In this document: positions 54,808 to 58,155 of the stretch, piece by piece | How positions within the stretch are numbered: the stretch's first letter is position 1 | How the letters are laid out: every line of letters begins with the position of its first letter | Program-made: the position numbers and the translations under genes | DNA from: a virus | Taxonomy: Duplodnaviria; Caudoviricetes | DNA length: 58,155 nucleotides | IMG/VR virus record: IMGVR_UViG_3300003690_000009 | Coordinates: 1-58,155 of that record | Strand: one strand, 5' to 3' | Notes under the pieces: model-generated | Seen by the model: only the letters and a program-made list of their open reading frames with translations | Told to the model about the DNA's origin: nothing | Databases searched by the model: none

Positions 54808-55086
54808 CTATCCGTTTACACGGTCTGCGCGGGGAAAGCGACCGTGCGCGCGCTCCCGCAACAACGCAAACGCGCGTTGATAATCCGGCTGCGTGAAGCC
54901 GTGTCCCGTCCACTTCTCCTGCGCCACGCGCATGAACTCGTCTTCGCCGCCCGCGATGATCGCCAGGAGCATCGGGTCGTCAAGCTGAATCATCAACGTC
55001 TCGACAGCGGCCGTGAGAAAATGATCCTTCTCGGTGATACCCGGCGGCAGATGAATGTCCTGCTCTGAGGCTTTGAACAGTGCCAT
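54808..55086 (-). CDS. Hypothetical protein
   Basis: ATG overlaps the stop of the terL C-terminal ORF; MALFKASEQD... Confidence 0.6.
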   Translation of the reverse strand: MALFKASEQDIHLPPGITEKDHFLTAAVETLMIQLDDPMLLAIIAGGEDEFMRVAQEKWTGHGFTQPDYQRAFALLRERAHGRFPRADRVNG

Positions 55087-55826
55087 CAGTGCATCCACCC
55101 CAGGTTCTCGGTCCCCATCTCGCGGAACCGGATCTCCTCGGGCCGTTCGGTCACCGGTTCCAGCGACAACCACTCCACGCCGGACACCACCGCGTAGCGC
55201 GTGGCATCCATCAGATGGTCGTTCTGTTTCACCACGCGCCCCTTCAGGTCACGGCGATACAGCCGGAACTCTTCCACCCACGCCTTGCAACTCGCAAACA
55301 CTTTCAGCTGGCCGGTACTCAACAGCCGCCACATCTCCAGCAACCCTGACTCGACCGCGTTCGGCGCCACGTCGAGCACGAGCCCCATGTCCACGTAATC
55401 CTGGATCAGCTGCGCGCCGTCTTTCTGGCTGCGCCCCCGCGACGCCGGGTCGATGCGGCCGGGAATCCAGTGCCCACGCGCGCGGATGGCGTCCGCGTGG
55501 ATCGAGGGTTCGGCCTCGCCGCGCTTGTGGACGTTGTAAATATAGCGCACGCCTGTTTCGCGATCGTGCGCCATCCAGACGACGGCCGTGCAGTTCCAGC
55601 CGACATCCATGCCGTAGCCGCGCGCGTAGTAGTCCGGGATCGTGAAGTCATCGATCACCACGTCGGTTTCCGGCACCGGAAAGATCGCACCAGACCCCAG
55701 CTGCGGTACCCCCTTCGTGCGGGCCTCGCGCTGGTGCGGCGGGATGGACGCAATTAACTCCGCCTTCTCCGTGGGGGAGAGGTGTGGGACGTCATCCCAA
55801 TCCGCCATCACGACGAACTTGCTCAC
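55086..55826 (-). CDS. terL: Terminase large subunit, C-terminal (nuclease) ORF
   Basis: WDDVPHL, GMDVGWNCTA, IDPASRGRSQKDG and DHLMDATRY motifs. Confidence 0.9.
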   Translation of the reverse strand: MSKFVVMADWDDVPHLSPTEKAELIASIPPHQREARTKGVPQLGSGAIFPVPETDVVIDDFTIPDYYARGYGMDVGWNCTAVVWMAHDRETGVRYIYNVHKRGEAEPSIHADAIRARGHWIPGRIDPASRGRSQKDGAQLIQDYVDMGLVLDVAPNAVESGLLEMWRLLSTGQLKVFASCKAWVEEFRLYRRDLKGRVVKQNDHLMDATRYAVVSGVEWLSLEPVTERPEEIRFREMGTENLGWMH

Positions 55827-56008
55827 GCCGTGTCGTCTCCCGTCCCATGTCCGGCGACGATGGGCTGATGCGTGAAGAACCGCAACACAATGTTCACGAC
55901 CGCCAGTCCCTGCGCGATCATCTCCGGGTTCGGCTGATCCATGGCACTCGCCACGATCAACGTCGCAATGTTCACCCAGAACGTCTTACTTTTCCACCAT
56001 GGCTTCAT
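55823..56008 (-). CDS. Small holin-like membrane peptide between the terL halves
   Basis: MKPWWKSKTFWVN...VVNIVLRFFT.QPI; GAAGGAGA RBS. Confidence 0.7.
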   Translation of the reverse strand: MKPWWKSKTFWVNIATLIVASAMDQPNPEMIAQGLAVVNIVLRFFTHQPIVAGHGTGDDTA

Positions 56009-56774
56009 ACGGGTCTTCTCCTTCAATGGGCATCCGACCGCCAGGGAGAAATTCTAGCACCAGCGGCGTCAATCCCTGGAGCGGCGTAAACGTGAGCATC
56101 AACATGCCGCCGCCGAAGTCGGAGGTCTGCGCCGTCCGCAGCAGACACTCGACGTAGATATCTTCCGGGGGCTCCTCGTCCAGCCAGATGCCGTGCTTGC
56201 GTGTGCCCTGGAATGCTTCGCGTCGTTGGTCGTAGCTCTTGAACCCCAATTCCGAGAGGACGGGGGCACCCCCCTCTCGCTCGATGTGCTTGACCCAGAC
56301 CGTCTCGATGGCATCGGTGACGCCCGGCTTGCGCGAGAAGTGCTCGATCAGATGGCGGGGAATAAACCCGCTGCCGATCTTGTTCATCGGTCCCATCAGT
56401 TCCAGTTGCCCGATGTCGCGCACCGTCTTGGAGGTGTCGCCCACCGTCCACCAGGAGACCGGCCCGTCAAACCGTCGCCCGGTCCACCAGTGCGGATACA
56501 ACCCGGTCAGATGCGCGGTGGTCTCAAACGCCCCCGCCTGCGTCTTCCCGATCCGGTTCGCCGCGATCATCAGCCGCTCCCGGTCAGGGGCGCCAAACCA
56601 CGCGATGTGTTTCGGGTAGAGCACCCGGCACATGCCAACGTGATCATCGCGCTTGCGCGATCGAGGACGACACTGGTCGGTGCAGTCGGGGAAATACGTG
56701 GAGAACTTCCCCCGCTCGCGCTCCAGCCGGAGGGTGCGAATCGCGTCGATCGTGGCGTGGGGGGTGATGGGCAT
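55986..56774 (-). CDS. terL: Terminase large subunit, N-terminal (ATPase) ORF
   Basis: AANRIGKT Walker A, WLDEE Walker B and LTFTP coupling motif. Confidence 0.92.
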   Translation of the reverse strand: MPITPHATIDAIRTLRLERERGKFSTYFPDCTDQCRPRSRKRDDHVGMCRVLYPKHIAWFGAPDRERLMIAANRIGKTQAGAFETTAHLTGLYPHWWTGRRFDGPVSWWTVGDTSKTVRDIGQLELMGPMNKIGSGFIPRHLIEHFSRKPGVTDAIETVWVKHIEREGGAPVLSELGFKSYDQRREAFQGTRKHGIWLDEEPPEDIYVECLLRTAQTSDFGGGMLMLTFTPLQGLTPLVLEFLPGGRMPIEGEDPYEAMVEK

Positions 56775-56825
56775 CTCGTTTCGCGCGCGTGCGCTTCGCG
56801 CGACGTCGTTTGTCGCGACGACGCA

Positions 56826-57167
56826 TTACCAGGGCACGCCCGTACTCTCGGTCGGGTGGAGCTTGTTCTGCAACTGGGTGTCCAGATTCGCTTCGATTTC
56901 CGCGACGCGATCCGCACCCAATCGGTCGTGCAACCAACCCATCGCCTGCTCTTCGGTGACCTCACCCCACGGGGTGAACGGGTCCAGATCGCCAAGGGGT
57001 TCCAAAGACTCCGAACTGTAAATGCGCGCGTTCACCGTTTTCTCATTCGGCGGCTCGCCCGAGGTCGCACTCCCGACGACCTCCCAGTGCAACGTAACAA
57101 TCACTCGGTCGTGTCCCGAGTACTCGGTTAAATCTTGCATCTGTAAAATATGCCATGCGGCTGCCAT
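56826..57167 (-). CDS. Conserved phage protein (tail-fibre-associated type)
   Basis: W.I...VTLHW...FTPWGEVTEEQAMGW...GVPW. Confidence 0.7.
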   Translation of the reverse strand: MAAAWHILQMQDLTEYSGHDRVIVTLHWEVVGSATSGEPPNEKTVNARIYSSESLEPLGDLDPFTPWGEVTEEQAMGWLHDRLGADRVAEIEANLDTQLQNKLHPTESTGVPW

Positions 57168-57179
57168 CTCTCGTCCCTC

Positions 57180-57365
57180 CTACGCTGTCCACCACACCAC
57201 GAACACCATCACCACCCAGATCGGCATCATGATGACACACAATTCGCGGCCTGACAGCGGACGTGCTTCGTCACGATACGGATCATACGTCTCCGGGACA
57301 TCTCGCTGAATCACCATCGCCAGATGCCGCCACCACCACACGAGCAGCGGCACACCCCGCGCCAT
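57180..57365 (-). CDS. Small membrane protein
   Basis: C-terminal TM segment; starts right after the upstream stop. Confidence 0.5.
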   Translation of the reverse strand: MARGVPLLVWWWRHLAMVIQRDVPETYDPYRDEARPLSGRELCVIMMPIWVVMVFVVWWTA

Positions 57366-57366
57366 C

Positions 57367-57822
57367 TCAATACCGGCTCCGACGTGTGGTCTTCGGTCGC
57401 GATCCCCGTCCCGTTCCGGCCGCAGGCGTACGTCGCGCGCGCGGGGTCTCCGTGATGGCGGTCTCGGAAATGTTGCCAATCTTTGCTCGGCCTGCTGCAC
57501 CAGCCAGCACCCCCACCGGTCCACCCGCCGCGCCAGCCACCGCGCCAGCCACAACGGCATCCCGTACCGACTTCATTTCGTCACGACTGAACACACCACG
57601 CTGACGCAGCTTCTCGTACGCTTCCCTTCGTGCTGCCGGAGCGCGCGTCCTCCCACGTTGGTCACGTTCAGTACGAGTCACCCCCCCGACCTTCGGACGC
57701 CGGGGGCTTTTCCGTGCCGTATCCAGGCGCACAGCGCGCGGATCGCGCGTCACCCCGCGTGCATCCCGCTCGGTACGAGTCACCGCCGCATTGGGGCGTG
57801 ACCGTGCTCTTTTCTGGGGCAT
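57367..57822 (-). CDS. Arg-rich basic protein
   Basis: VTRTERD twice; glycine-zipper-like GAVAGAAGGPVG. Confidence 0.6.
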   Translation of the reverse strand: MPQKRARSRPNAAVTRTERDARGVTRDPRAVRLDTARKSPRRPKVGGVTRTERDQRGRTRAPAARREAYEKLRQRGVFSRDEMKSVRDAVVAGAVAGAAGGPVGVLAGAAGRAKIGNISETAITETPRARRTPAAGTGRGSRPKTTRRSRY

Positions 57823-57824
57823 GA

Positions 57825-58082
57825 TTACTCCTCACTCTTGGCGGCAATCAGATTCTGCAAACTCACAATCGCGTCAATGCATTTCCGGGTCGCGGCTTCC
57901 ACCTCGTCATCGTTCAACAGGTCGCGCGCCAGCCCGGTTTCCGCCACCCCCAGGATGGATTTGACCATGTAGACCGCCGCATCCTGCTTGTATTTGCCCT
58001 TCCGCGAGATGAACCGCTCCACCCAGCTGATCGCTTCGGTGATCATCGGGAGCAGCCGTAAGCCGATCGCCAGAAATCCCAT
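57825..58082 (-). CDS. Hypothetical protein
   Basis: 85 aa amphipathic protein; GGAGG RBS. Confidence 0.7.
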   Translation of the reverse strand: MGFLAIGLRLLPMITEAISWVERFISRKGKYKQDAAVYMVKSILGVAETGLARDLLNDDEVEAATRKCIDAIVSLQNLIAAKSEE

Positions 58083-58155
58083 CTACACGTCCTCCTGCGC
58101 GTCGGCGTAGGCGTGTATCTCGTCCAGCGTCATCGCCTCCACCCAGATCGGCGTC
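58083..58155 (-). CDS. 3' part of the junction-spanning gene that starts at 211
   Basis: TPIWVEAMTLDEIHAYADAQEDV* is in frame with 1-211. Confidence 0.8.
   Translation of the reverse strand, partial: TPIWVEAMTLDEIHAYADAQEDV

Overview
The window looks like a complete, circularly permuted, GC-rich podovirus-type phage genome of about 58.1 kb with a P22-like head and tail module. The last 8 nt repeat the first 8, and one ORF reads in frame across the join. The minus strand carries terS, a terL split into two ORFs, portal, scaffold, P22-type coat, gp4/gp10-like tail proteins, ejection proteins (one of 4682 aa), fibres and lysis genes. It continues into an HTH-led recombination/replication operon (ERF, exonuclease, SSB, P-loop kinase, initiator, DnaB). 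No integrase or DNA polymerase was recognised. The most unusual features are RNA-based. (1) The plus-strand early operon (about 2.05-10.4 kb) is punctuated by ten covarying, circularly permuted twister-like ribozymes plus a hammerhead, at most non-overlapping gene junctions. It opens with a boxA-like site and an approximately 470-nt structured leader, and it closes with a tRNA-shaped RNA whose anticodon loop is replaced by two hairpins with identical palindromic UGAUCA loops. (2) A TIGR-Tas locus (nuclease-less Nop-domain TasA-like gene plus three arrays, about 19 dual-spacer 36-nt units) lies between the initiator and dnaB. Other oddities are iterons located away from the initiator gene, a 45-bp exact in-frame copy shared by an early gene and the giant virion protein, and a dispersed over-represented 10-mer. 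All calls come from reading by eye; no searches or folding programs were run.
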